Source: Acutalibacteraceae bacterium | Lineage (GTDB): Bacteria; Bacillota; Clostridia; Oscillospirales; Acutalibacteraceae | Direction of reading: 5' to 3' | Length of the DNA: 39,693 nt | NCBI GenBank assembly: GCA_045643425.1 | Contig: JAZUKW010000085.1 | Location: 1-39,693 of the forward strand | Notes under the pieces: model-generated | The model's database searches: none | Told to the model about the DNA's origin: nothing | The model's input: only the letters and a program-made list of their open reading frames with translations | Made by a program: the position numbers and the translations under genes | Shown here: piece after piece, positions 28,528 to 35,620 of the stretch | Position numbering within the stretch: the first letter of the stretch is position 1 | Layout: the number at the start of each line of letters is the position of its first letter

Positions 28528-28576
28528 TTTTTAATTGAAAATTCTTAATTCTTAATTTTTAATTCTTAATTGAAAA
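28528..28576. repeat. seven tandem A/T heptads of the TTCTTAA family
   Basis: The array reads TTTTTAA TTGAAAA TTCTTAA TTCTTAA TTTTTAA TTCTTAA TTGAAAA. A related array lies at 37847-37881. Confidence 0.85.
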
Positions 28577-28581
28577 ACCCC

Positions 28582-28610
28582 TTGCCTAAACGTCGATTTT
28601 GCGGTATACT
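28582..28610 (+). promoter_or_regulatory. sigma-A promoter candidate for holB-ricT
   Basis: TTGCCT (28582-28587), a 17-nt spacer, then TATACT (28605-28610). Confidence 0.5.
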
Positions 28611-28639
28611 GTAAGGGATAATGGAAAGGAGTGACCGGT

Positions 28640-29632
28640 TTGGCGTATGAACAACTGCTGGGCAACGACAGCTTAAAAGCCGTCCTCGCCGACTACACCG
28701 CCTCCGGCCGCTTTCCTCACGCGCTGTTGCTGGAGGGCCCGCGCGGGTGCGGCAAACGCACGCTCGCCCGCCTGATCGGTCAGGCCGCCGTTTGCACCGC
28801 CGTCGGCGACAAGCCCTGCGGCCAATGCCCCGCCTGCAAAAAAGCGGCGCTCGGCGTCCATCCGGACGTGGTGGAGCTGGGCGGTGACGAGCGCGCTCGC
28901 TCGTTCCATATCGACGAGATCCGCTCCCTGCGGGAGCAGGCGTTTTTGCTTCCGAACGAGGCGGATCGCCGCGTGTTCCTGCTCTTTTGCGCCCAGGGAA
29001 TGACCCCGGAGGCGCAAAACGCGCTGCTGCGCATTTTGGAGGACCCGCCCAAAAACGTCTCGTTTGTTCTCACCTGCGAAAGCCGGTCACAGCTGTTGGA
29101 AACCATCCAATCCCGCTCGCTGTGTCTGTCCGTTTCCGGGGTGAGCATTGACGAAGCACTCCCTCTGCTGCGGGAAAAGTTCCCCGACGCCAAGCCGGAT
29201 GAGCTCGCCGCCGCGCTGACCGCGTTCGACGGCTGTCTCGGCCCGACGATCGCGTGTCTGGAGGGCGGCTCCTTTTCCGAACAGCTCGCGCTGATCGACG
29301 AGCTCGCCGAGGCGCTGATCCAGCCGGAGGAGATCCACTTTTTGCGGTTGACCGGAAAGCTCGAAAAAGACCCCGCGCTCACCGACGCGGTGCTGACGGG
29401 GCTGCGCCCGCTGTTCCGCGACGCGCTTCATCTCCGCAAAAAAGCGGCGACCAAGCCGCTTTCTCCCTCGCCGGCAGAAGCAAAGCTGCTGGCACGCGCC
29501 CTGCCGGAGCAACGGCTGGCCGCTCTCATCGCCGCCACGGACGAGCTGATCGACGCCCGGCGACACAATATGAACCAAACCCTGCTCATCACGCTGTTTT
29601 GCGTGAAGCTGCGGGGTGCTGCCGGTTTTTGA
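28640..29632 (+). CDS. holB: DNA polymerase III subunit delta'
   Basis: The track ORF starts at GTG 28631, which overlaps the AAAGGAG RBS. A TTG at 28640 has better spacing. It contains FPHALLLEGPRGCGKRTLA, the zinc module CGQCPACKK and an SRS-like segment TIQSRS. Confidence 0.9.
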   Translation: MAYEQLLGNDSLKAVLADYTASGRFPHALLLEGPRGCGKRTLARLIGQAAVCTAVGDKPCGQCPACKKAALGVHPDVVELGGDERARSFHIDEIRSLREQAFLLPNEADRRVFLLFCAQGMTPEAQNALLRILEDPPKNVSFVLTCESRSQLLETIQSRSLCLSVSGVSIDEALPLLREKFPDAKPDELAAALTAFDGCLGPTIACLEGGSFSEQLALIDELAEALIQPEEIHFLRLTGKLEKDPALTDAVLTGLRPLFRDALHLRKKAATKPLSPSPAEAKLLARALPEQRLAALIAATDELIDARRHNMNQTLLITLFCVKLRGAAGF

Positions 29633-29655
29633 CCGGCCTTTAAGGAGGAACCTCA

Positions 29656-30720
29656 ATGGCACAAATCGTAGGTGTTCAATTTAAAAATATGGGCAAGGTG
29701 TACTCGTTCGACGCCGCCGACAAGACCTATAAAAAAGGCGACAGCGTCGTGGTGGATACCGCCCGCGGCATCGAAGTGGGCAAGGTGGTTTACGGCAATC
29801 GGGAAACCGATTTGTCCGAGCTGCAATCCCCGCTCAAGCCCATTTTGCGGACCGCCACGCCCGACGACCTGCGCCGGGCGGAGGAAAACCGCGCCCGCGA
29901 GGCGGAGGCGATGCGCCTTTGCCAGCAAAAAATCAACGACCACAAATTGGATATGAAGCTCGTGGACGTGGAATACACGTTGGACGGCTCGAAGATCCTC
30001 TTTTATTTCACCGCCGACGGCCGCGTGGATTTCCGTGAGCTGGTCAAGGATCTGGCCTCCGCATTCCACACCCGCATCGAGCTGCGCCAGATCGGCGTGC
30101 GCGACGAGGCGAAGCTACTCGGCGGCCTCGGCATCTGCGGCCAGCCGTTCTGCTGCGCCCGCTTTTTGTCGGATTTCCAGCCGGTGTCTATCAAAATGGC
30201 AAAAGAGCAAGGGCTGTCCCCCAACCCCGCCAAGATCTCCGGCTCCTGCGGCCGCCTGCTCTGCTGTCTCAAATACGAGCAGGATGCGTATGATTTCCTG
30301 CGAAAAGAAACGCCGCGTCCCGGCACCCACGTCTCCACACCGGAGGGCAAGGGCGTCATCACCGACGTGAGCCTGCTCAGCGGCAAAATCAAAGTACAGC
30401 TCCAAAAATCGCCGGACGCACCGCCCGTTTCGATGAAGCTCGCGGACGTGACCGTTCTGTCGCGCGACGGCAGCCCCGTTGTGCGCGAGACACCGCAAGA
30501 GGAAGAATTTGACGTCGCCGCCGTCGTGACCGAGGCGGACACGTTCTTTGAGGGCGGCGAGGATTACTCTGCCGACATTCCCGCCGAATTTACCGCTCCC
30601 GCCGGCGAAACGGCGGACAGCGAAAAGGCCGAAAAGCCCGCCGGAAAGCGCAATCGAAACAATTTCCGCCGTCGTCATCACCGCGGCGGCAAAAAAACTC
30701 ACGGTGAAAACAAAGAATAA
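29656..30720 (+). CDS. ricT: PSP1-domain protein RicT/YaaT (stage 0 sporulation / RNA maturation complex component)
   Basis: Track ORF of 354 aa starting MAQIVGVQFKNMGKVYSFD. The Cys-rich segment is GICGQPFCCARFL...SGSCGRLLCCLKYE. It follows holB as in Bacillus and has a long charged C-terminal extension. Confidence 0.88.
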   Translation: MAQIVGVQFKNMGKVYSFDAADKTYKKGDSVVVDTARGIEVGKVVYGNRETDLSELQSPLKPILRTATPDDLRRAEENRAREAEAMRLCQQKINDHKLDMKLVDVEYTLDGSKILFYFTADGRVDFRELVKDLASAFHTRIELRQIGVRDEAKLLGGLGICGQPFCCARFLSDFQPVSIKMAKEQGLSPNPAKISGSCGRLLCCLKYEQDAYDFLRKETPRPGTHVSTPEGKGVITDVSLLSGKIKVQLQKSPDAPPVSMKLADVTVLSRDGSPVVRETPQEEEFDVAAVVTEADTFFEGGEDYSADIPAEFTAPAGETADSEKAEKPAGKRNRNNFRRRHHRGGKKTHGENKE

Positions 30721-30721
30721 C

Positions 30722-30750
30722 TTGCTTTTTTGAGAAAAGTCTGTTATGAT
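30722..30750 (+). promoter_or_regulatory. sigma-A promoter candidate for the ferredoxin gene
   Basis: TTGCTT (30722-30727), a 17-nt spacer, then TATGAT (30745-30750). The hairpin GGTCGGattttcCCGACC lies in the 5' UTR. Confidence 0.5.
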
Positions 30751-30811
30751 AAAGGCGGCAAAGGTCGGATTTTCCCGACCGACGCTATATTCAGAAGGAG
30801 GTGCCTTGAGA

Positions 30812-30982
30812 ATGGCCTACAAAATTACGGACGCTTGCGTCAAATGCGGCGCTTGCGCGGACGGCTGCCCGGTGAATGCGATCTCCGAGGGTGACGATAC
30901 CTACGTTATCGACGCTGACGTCTGCATCGGTTGCGGTGCTTGCGCGGATGCTTGCCCGGTCGGCGCTCCGGAAGAGGACTAA
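30812..30982 (+). CDS. 2x[4Fe-4S] clostridial-type ferredoxin
   Basis: The track ORF starts at 30746. I prefer the ATG at 30812, after AGAAGGAGG. It encodes 56 aa, MAYKITDACVKCGACADGCPV...CIGCGACADACPV, with two CxxCxxCxxxCP motifs. Confidence 0.93.
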   Translation: MAYKITDACVKCGACADGCPVNAISEGDDTYVIDADVCIGCGACADACPVGAPEED

Positions 30983-30996
30983 TTGACCGCTTGATT

Positions 30997-31035
30997 GCCG
31001 AACAACCCGCAGGTTGTTCGGCATTCTGCTTTTTT
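30997..31035 (+). terminator. intrinsic terminator after the ferredoxin gene
   Basis: GCCGAACAACCcgcaGGTTGTTCGGC followed by ATTCTGCTTTTTT. Confidence 0.75.
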
Positions 31036-31047
31036 AGGATGTTTTTT

Positions 31048-31668
31048 ATGAAACAGGAATTTTTATCCGACGCCGTATTCGTCTATACCGACGGCGCCGT
31101 TACCTTCGGGCAGGACGCGCTCGCGCTCGCCCGCTTTTGTGAGGCAACCTCCGCTGACACCGCCGCCGATCTCGGCACGGGGAGCGGGATCGTCCCGCTT
31201 TTGTGGGCGGCGGAGGATCGTCTGCCCGAAACGGTGCTGGCGGTAGAGCGCTTTGCCCCCGCGGCGACGCTCGCCGCCCGCTCGGTCGCGGAAAACGGGC
31301 TCGCCGCCCGCGTGACCGTGCGCGAGGGCGATTGGAACGATCTGCCCGCTTCTTTGAACGGACGGTTTTCGCTCGTTTCCTGCAACCCACCGTATTTTAA
31401 GCGCGAAAGCGGAAGGCTCTCTCCCGACCCCGCCCGCGCCGCCGCGCGAACGGAGGAAAATAGCAACGCGCTGCCGCGTCTTTTTAAAACCGCGGCGCGC
31501 CTGCTCGCGCCTGACGGACGCTTTTGCTTTTGTATGCGCCCCGAGCGTCAAAACGACGTGACGGCGGCGCTCGAGGCCGCCAATCTTATGCTACTAAAAA
31601 CCGCGCCGCTCGAAAACGAGAACGGCGCGTGGCTTACTTTGTATTCTGCGAAACGGAGGAATGCGTGA
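31048..31668 (+). CDS. SAM-dependent methyltransferase, TrmN6/YfiC (YabB)-like
   Basis: This is the internal part of track ORF 30931-31668. The ATG at 31048 (or 31039) follows the terminator. It has the SAM-binding segment DLGTGSGIV and the motif IV sequence CNPPYF. Confidence 0.8.
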   Translation: MKQEFLSDAVFVYTDGAVTFGQDALALARFCEATSADTAADLGTGSGIVPLLWAAEDRLPETVLAVERFAPAATLAARSVAENGLAARVTVREGDWNDLPASLNGRFSLVSCNPPYFKRESGRLSPDPARAAARTEENSNALPRLFKTAARLLAPDGRFCFCMRPERQNDVTAALEAANLMLLKTAPLENENGAWLTLYSAKRRNA

Positions 31669-32381
31669 TGGCAACCGATTTGTCCGCGTGGCTTGCGCGG
31701 GAGGAAGCGCTGCTCGGCGCGCCCGCCGTCGAGCGCCTGAAAGCCGCAAAGGTCGCGGTGTTCGGGCTCGGCGGTGTCGGCTCGTATGCGGTGGAGGCGC
31801 TCGCCCGCGCCGGTGTGGGCGCGCTCGTTCTTTGCGACGGTGACACGGTGGACGTCACCAACCTGAACCGCCAGCTGTGCGCCACCGTCTCCACGCTCGG
31901 AAGCCCCAAAGCGGAGGTGGCCGCCGCCCGCGTGCGGGATATTAACCCCGCCTGCAACGTCACGCCTGCCGTGACGTTTTATTCCGCGACGGAGGGGCAG
32001 GGGCTCATCGACGGCTGCGACTTTGTGGTGGACGCCATCGACGACGTCAAAGCCAAGGTCGCGCTTGCTCTCGAATGCCGTAACAAGAACGTCCCGCTCA
32101 TCGCCGCGATGGGCTGCGGCAACAAGCTCGATCCGATGGGCTTTCTCGTGGAAGACCTCGCAAAAACCACCGTCTGCCCGCTGTGCCGCGTGATGCGGCG
32201 GGAGCTGAAAGCCGTCGGCATCCCCCACCTGCCGGTGGTCTACTCGAAAGAGCCGCCACACCGCGTTCCCGCCGAAAACGGCGAGCGCGTGCCGCCCGCC
32301 AGCATCAGCTTTGTGCCGGGAGCGGCGGGATTGCTGCTCGCCGCGCACGTTGTAACCGAACTGACAAAGGAGGAGCCGTAA
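31668..32381 (+). CDS. tcdA: tRNA threonylcarbamoyladenosine dehydratase (ThiF/E1-like, TcdA family)
   Basis: This is the internal part of track ORF 31524-32381. The ATG at 31668 overlaps the upstream stop (TGATG), after a GGAGGAA RBS. It contains VAVFGLGGVGSYAVEALARAGVG...DTVDVTNLNRQ. Confidence 0.8.
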   Translation: MATDLSAWLAREEALLGAPAVERLKAAKVAVFGLGGVGSYAVEALARAGVGALVLCDGDTVDVTNLNRQLCATVSTLGSPKAEVAAARVRDINPACNVTPAVTFYSATEGQGLIDGCDFVVDAIDDVKAKVALALECRNKNVPLIAAMGCGNKLDPMGFLVEDLAKTTVCPLCRVMRRELKAVGIPHLPVVYSKEPPHRVPAENGERVPPASISFVPGAAGLLLAAHVVTELTKEEP

Positions 32382-33115
32382 TGCCTCGCTTTTTCTCCCC
32401 CGCGTTTGCGGGAAAAGCCGCCGGAGACACGGTGGCGCTCACCCCTGCCGATTCCGCTCACGCGCGCCGCTCGCTTCGTATGAATATCGGCGACGCGCTC
32501 GACCTCTGTGACGAGCAGGGCCACGACCTCGCCGCCCACATCGACGCGTTCGACGGCGATCTGGTGCTGGCGCGTATCGACGCCGTGTGCGGCAGCCATT
32601 CCGAGCCGCACACCCGCGTGACGCTGTATCAGGGGCTGCCGAAGGGCGACAAGCTCGAGCAGATCATCCAAAAAACCGTCGAGCTCGGCGTTACGGAGAT
32701 CGTGCCGGTGGAAATGAGCCGCAGCATCGCCAAAATCGGCGACAAGGGCGACAAAAAGCTCGCCCGCTTCCAAAAAATCGCCGACGAAGCCGCCGGTCAA
32801 AGCGAACGCGGGATTAAACCCGCCGTCGCCGCTCCGCTTTCGTTCAAAGAAGCGGTCGCGAAGATCCAAAACAGCGACGGCAAAACGCTCGTCTGCTACG
32901 AGCGCGGCGGTGTGCCGATCAAAACGGTGCTGTCGCCCGCCGATACCGCCGTTTCGCTCGTCATCGGGCCGGAGGGCGGCATCGCGCCGGAGGAATTGCT
33001 GGCGCTCAAAAAAGCGGGCGCTGTCGCCGTAACCCTCGGGCCGCGCATTCTCCGCACCGAAACGGCGCCGCTCGCGGCGCTCGCCGTCGTGATGGACAGA
33101 ACGGACAATATGTAA
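32381..33115 (+). CDS. rsmE: 16S rRNA (uracil1498-N3)-methyltransferase RsmE
   Basis: This is the internal part of track ORF 32183-33115. The ATG at 32381 overlaps the tcdA stop (TAATG), after AAGGAGGAG. It starts MPRFF... and has the C-terminal SPOUT knot segments LVIGPEGG and LGPRILRTETA. Confidence 0.9.
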   Translation: MPRFFSPAFAGKAAGDTVALTPADSAHARRSLRMNIGDALDLCDEQGHDLAAHIDAFDGDLVLARIDAVCGSHSEPHTRVTLYQGLPKGDKLEQIIQKTVELGVTEIVPVEMSRSIAKIGDKGDKKLARFQKIADEAAGQSERGIKPAVAAPLSFKEAVAKIQNSDGKTLVCYERGGVPIKTVLSPADTAVSLVIGPEGGIAPEELLALKKAGAVAVTLGPRILRTETAPLAALAVVMDRTDNM

Positions 33116-33152
33116 AAAGAAAACGCCTCGACTGTCGGTCGAGGCGTTTTCT
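33116..33152. terminator. bidirectional intrinsic terminator (rsmE / acyltransferase convergent pair)
   Basis: AAAACGCCTCGACtgtcgGTCGAGGCGTTTT has an A-tract on one side and a T-tract on the other. Confidence 0.85.
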
Positions 33153-33160
33153 CGTTCTGT

Positions 33161-34258
33161 TTATTTAATATAAAAAATCTTTTTCACGCCGGGGATAAAC
33201 GACACGAGCCACACGGTGAGATACGACACCACCGTAACCGCCACAAACAACAAAAGCATATACAGCACCACGTTATGCAGCGGGAACTCCCAATACGGGA
33301 ACCACATCGTCAGCAGCTCCAGCCAAACCGCGTGGATGATATACACGCCGAACGCGTCTTTCGAAAGCAGCGCGGTCAGGCGGTTTTTCGTCTGCCTTTC
33401 GCCGCACAGCGTATACAGCAGCACGAACACGCCGAGGCCGTAGAGGAATGCCGTCAGCGTCAGCGGCTCGTAGAAATTGCCGCGCACAGCGGAATGGGTT
33501 TTGATCCGCGTTTGCACCATCGAGGTGGCGAACACGACCGCCGCCAGCGACAACCCGTACAGCGCGAACCGACTGCGCTTGTCGATTTTAAAGTTCGTCA
33601 CGTACCACCCGGTCAGCGCGTAACCGACGAAGCCGGTCGCCGGCTCAACGTGGAATTTGTTGATAATGGTAGTGAAATTAAACGTCCAGCCGTTTGCGAG
33701 AATGTTGAACGTGTTGACCGCAAGCTGTGCCACCACAAACGCGAGGATGATGCCGAGGATGTAGCTCTTGTTCTCGCGCTTCACGAACAGCCGCAAGACG
33801 GGGATCATCAGATACAGCCCCACCACCATAAACATATACCAAAGGTGCGGGTACATCGTCGGCAGGGTCAGCGCATAGTTCCACATCGTCTTGCCCACCG
33901 TGTCCCACGCCACCGGGTTGTGGTGGAGCAGCGGGAACACGATCGCATAAAACGCGCCGTACGCCACCGTCCAGCCGAGCATCAGCAGCGCCATCCACGT
34001 AAACGATTTTTTATAAAACGTCTTCGTGTCAAACCTGCGGTCCTCGTTAAGAAGCAGCGCGCCGGTGAGCATCACAAACAGCGGCACGCCCGCGCGGGAG
34101 ATACCGTTGAACACGTTGCCGAGGATAAACTCCTTCGTCGTGGGATCGGGATTGTAAAGCACGATATAGGCGCTGACGTGAACGAGCAACACCAGCATAA
34201 TGGCGACAATGCGAATCACGTCATACGAGAGCAGACGGCTTTTTGCCTGTTTTTCCAC
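33161..34258 (-). CDS. acyltransferase family 3 integral membrane protein (O-acyltransferase)
   Basis: Track ORF of 366 aa (TTG at 34261). The GTG at 34258 has better spacing from AAGGAGGG. It contains LSYDVIRIVAIMLVLLVHVS and about 10 TM segments, typical of the Acyl_transf_3 family. Confidence 0.85.
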   Translation of the reverse strand: MEKQAKSRLLSYDVIRIVAIMLVLLVHVSAYIVLYNPDPTTKEFILGNVFNGISRAGVPLFVMLTGALLLNEDRRFDTKTFYKKSFTWMALLMLGWTVAYGAFYAIVFPLLHHNPVAWDTVGKTMWNYALTLPTMYPHLWYMFMVVGLYLMIPVLRLFVKRENKSYILGIILAFVVAQLAVNTFNILANGWTFNFTTIINKFHVEPATGFVGYALTGWYVTNFKIDKRSRFALYGLSLAAVVFATSMVQTRIKTHSAVRGNFYEPLTLTAFLYGLGVFVLLYTLCGERQTKNRLTALLSKDAFGVYIIHAVWLELLTMWFPYWEFPLHNVVLYMLLLFVAVTVVSYLTVWLVSFIPGVKKIFYIK

Positions 34259-34287
34259 CAAAATCCCTCCTTATAAAGGATACACAC

Positions 34288-34316
34288 AGCATACCACATC
34301 TTCCCGCGCTTGTCAA
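34288..34316 (-). promoter_or_regulatory. sigma-A promoter candidate for the acyltransferase gene
   Basis: Minus strand reads TTGACA (34311-34316), a 17-nt spacer, then TATGCT (34288-34293). Confidence 0.55.
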
Positions 34317-34390
34317 CTCCGACGGAGAGCGGTGCGCGCTCTTGGGGCGTCACTTATCGAACCGGCGGTTCTCGTCCGATCTCTCATCGA

Positions 34391-34427
34391 AAAAAGAAAA
34401 CCACCCCTTGCGGGGTGGTTTCTTTTT
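34391..34427 (-). terminator. intrinsic terminator after the tRNA operon
   Basis: CCACCCCttgcGGGGTGG is flanked by A- and T-tracts and lies directly 3' of tRNA-Val. Confidence 0.8.
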
Positions 34428-34504
34428 TGGTGGGCGTAAACGGACACGAACCGCTGACCTCTTGCGTGTGAAGCAAGCGCTCTAACCAGCTGAGCTATAC
34501 GCCC
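34428..34504 (-). tRNA. tRNA-Val (anticodon CAC)
   Basis: Minus strand reads GGGCGTATAGCTCAGCTGGTTAGAGCGCTTGCTTCACACGCAAGAGGTCAGCGGTTCGTGTCCGTTTACGCCCACCA. It forms a full cloverleaf with a perfect 7-bp acceptor stem and an encoded CCA. Confidence 0.92.
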
Positions 34505-34508
34505 ATAA

Positions 34509-34584
34509 TGGTGACCCGAACGGGATTCGAACCCGTGTTACCGCCGTGAAAGGGCGGTGTCTTAGGCCACTTGACCATCGGGCC
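34509..34584 (-). tRNA. tRNA-Glu (anticodon TTC)
   Basis: Minus strand reads GGCCCGATGGTCAAGTGGCCTAAGACACCGCCCTTTCACGGCGGTAACACGGGTTCGAATCCCGTTCGGGTCACCA. The anticodon loop is CTTTCAC. Confidence 0.92.
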
Positions 34585-34590
34585 ACCTAT

Positions 34591-34667
34591 TGGTAGCGGC
34601 AATTGGATTCGAACCAACGACACTGCGGGTATGAACCGCATGCTCTAGCCACCTGAGCTATACCGCC
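34591..34667 (-). tRNA. tRNA-Met (anticodon CAT; elongator-like, Ile2-lysidine type not excluded)
   Basis: Minus strand reads GGCGGTATAGCTCAGGTGGCTAGAGCATGCGGTTCATACCCGCAGTGTCGTTGGTTCGAATCCAATTGCCGCTACCA. It lacks the three G-C pairs in the anticodon stem that mark initiator tRNA. Confidence 0.85.
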
Positions 34668-34701
34668 ATATCACGCCGTCCGTGCCGGGACAGCGGATTT
34701 A

Positions 34702-34730
34702 ATTATATAGTATCCTTTCGAACTTGTCAA
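34702..34730 (-). promoter_or_regulatory. consensus sigma-A promoter of the tRNA Met-Glu-Val operon
   Basis: Minus strand reads TTGACA (34725-34730), a 17-nt spacer, then TATAAT (34702-34707), both perfect. An A/T-rich tract lies upstream. Confidence 0.75.
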
Positions 34731-34755
34731 GGGATTTTTTTAATTTTTTCGGATT

Positions 34756-35592
34756 TTATGTGGTGAGCTGGTCCTTGATCAGCACACCCGTCACGATAAA
34801 CCGCGTGTTTCCGTCGGCCGTCACGCAGGTTTCGAGCGTCACGAGATGGTCCTTCGTCGTCAGCTCGCATTTGCGGGTCATCCCGTAGGGCGGGTTTGCC
34901 ACCTTCTTCAAATAGTCGGCAAACACCTTTTCGTCCTTGAAATAGCCGTTCTCCGCCAAAATGTGGCGATCGTCACGCGTATAGGCCGAGAAGATCCGAT
35001 AGGTGAGAATATGCCCCTCGGTATAGATCGTAAACTCCGGCGTCGCATCCCACATCGACTGCACCTTGAGGTCGTGCAGCGCGCGGAACATCGTGCCGTT
35101 TTTCATACAATGGCCGTACAGAATGGTGTTCGGGTCGGAAAAATCCTTGGAATTGTATTTTTGGGTATAGATCGTTCCCTCGAACAGATATTCCTTATCC
35201 TCGCCGTGGTGGAGGTAAAAATCCTCCTCCTCGTCGGGGGCGCTTTGGGCGATCGGATAGTCGATGACCGTGTTCGGCATCTTGATCCACGCATAAAGAT
35301 CGGGGTTTTTCTTTTTCAGCGCCTTAAAGTCGATGGGGTTCTTCACCCGCGCGACCGTCGGGGTCACGTCGTCCACCTGCATGGTGGTTTTCGTCGCCTC
35401 CGGCACGGAGACCTCCTCCTGCCGACGCTTCGACGCGTCGCTCCACCAAAAAGAGACCGCCACCGCCGCGGCCAGCAACACCAGCACGACGATCAAAAGC
35501 CACCACGGTTTTTTCTTCTGTTTTTTTGCCGCGTGAGCGCCGCCGGAAATCGGCACGTAGGGCGTTCCGTTTTGGTCGTTCAATGCGGTCAC
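34756..35592 (-). CDS. srtB: class B sortase
   Basis: Track ORF of 278 aa with a GTG start after GGGAGGAAAGG and an N-terminal TM anchor. The segments ILYGHCMKNGTMF, RIFSAYT, LVTLETC (catalytic Cys) and NTRFIV (Arg) align by eye with S. aureus SrtB. Confidence 0.88.
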   Translation of the reverse strand: MTALNDQNGTPYVPISGGAHAAKKQKKKPWWLLIVVLVLLAAAVAVSFWWSDASKRRQEEVSVPEATKTTMQVDDVTPTVARVKNPIDFKALKKKNPDLYAWIKMPNTVIDYPIAQSAPDEEEDFYLHHGEDKEYLFEGTIYTQKYNSKDFSDPNTILYGHCMKNGTMFRALHDLKVQSMWDATPEFTIYTEGHILTYRIFSAYTRDDRHILAENGYFKDEKVFADYLKKVANPPYGMTRKCELTTKDHLVTLETCVTADGNTRFIVTGVLIKDQLTT

Positions 35593-35620
35593 ATCCTTTC
35601 CTCCCGCTCGCAGTCGGCGG

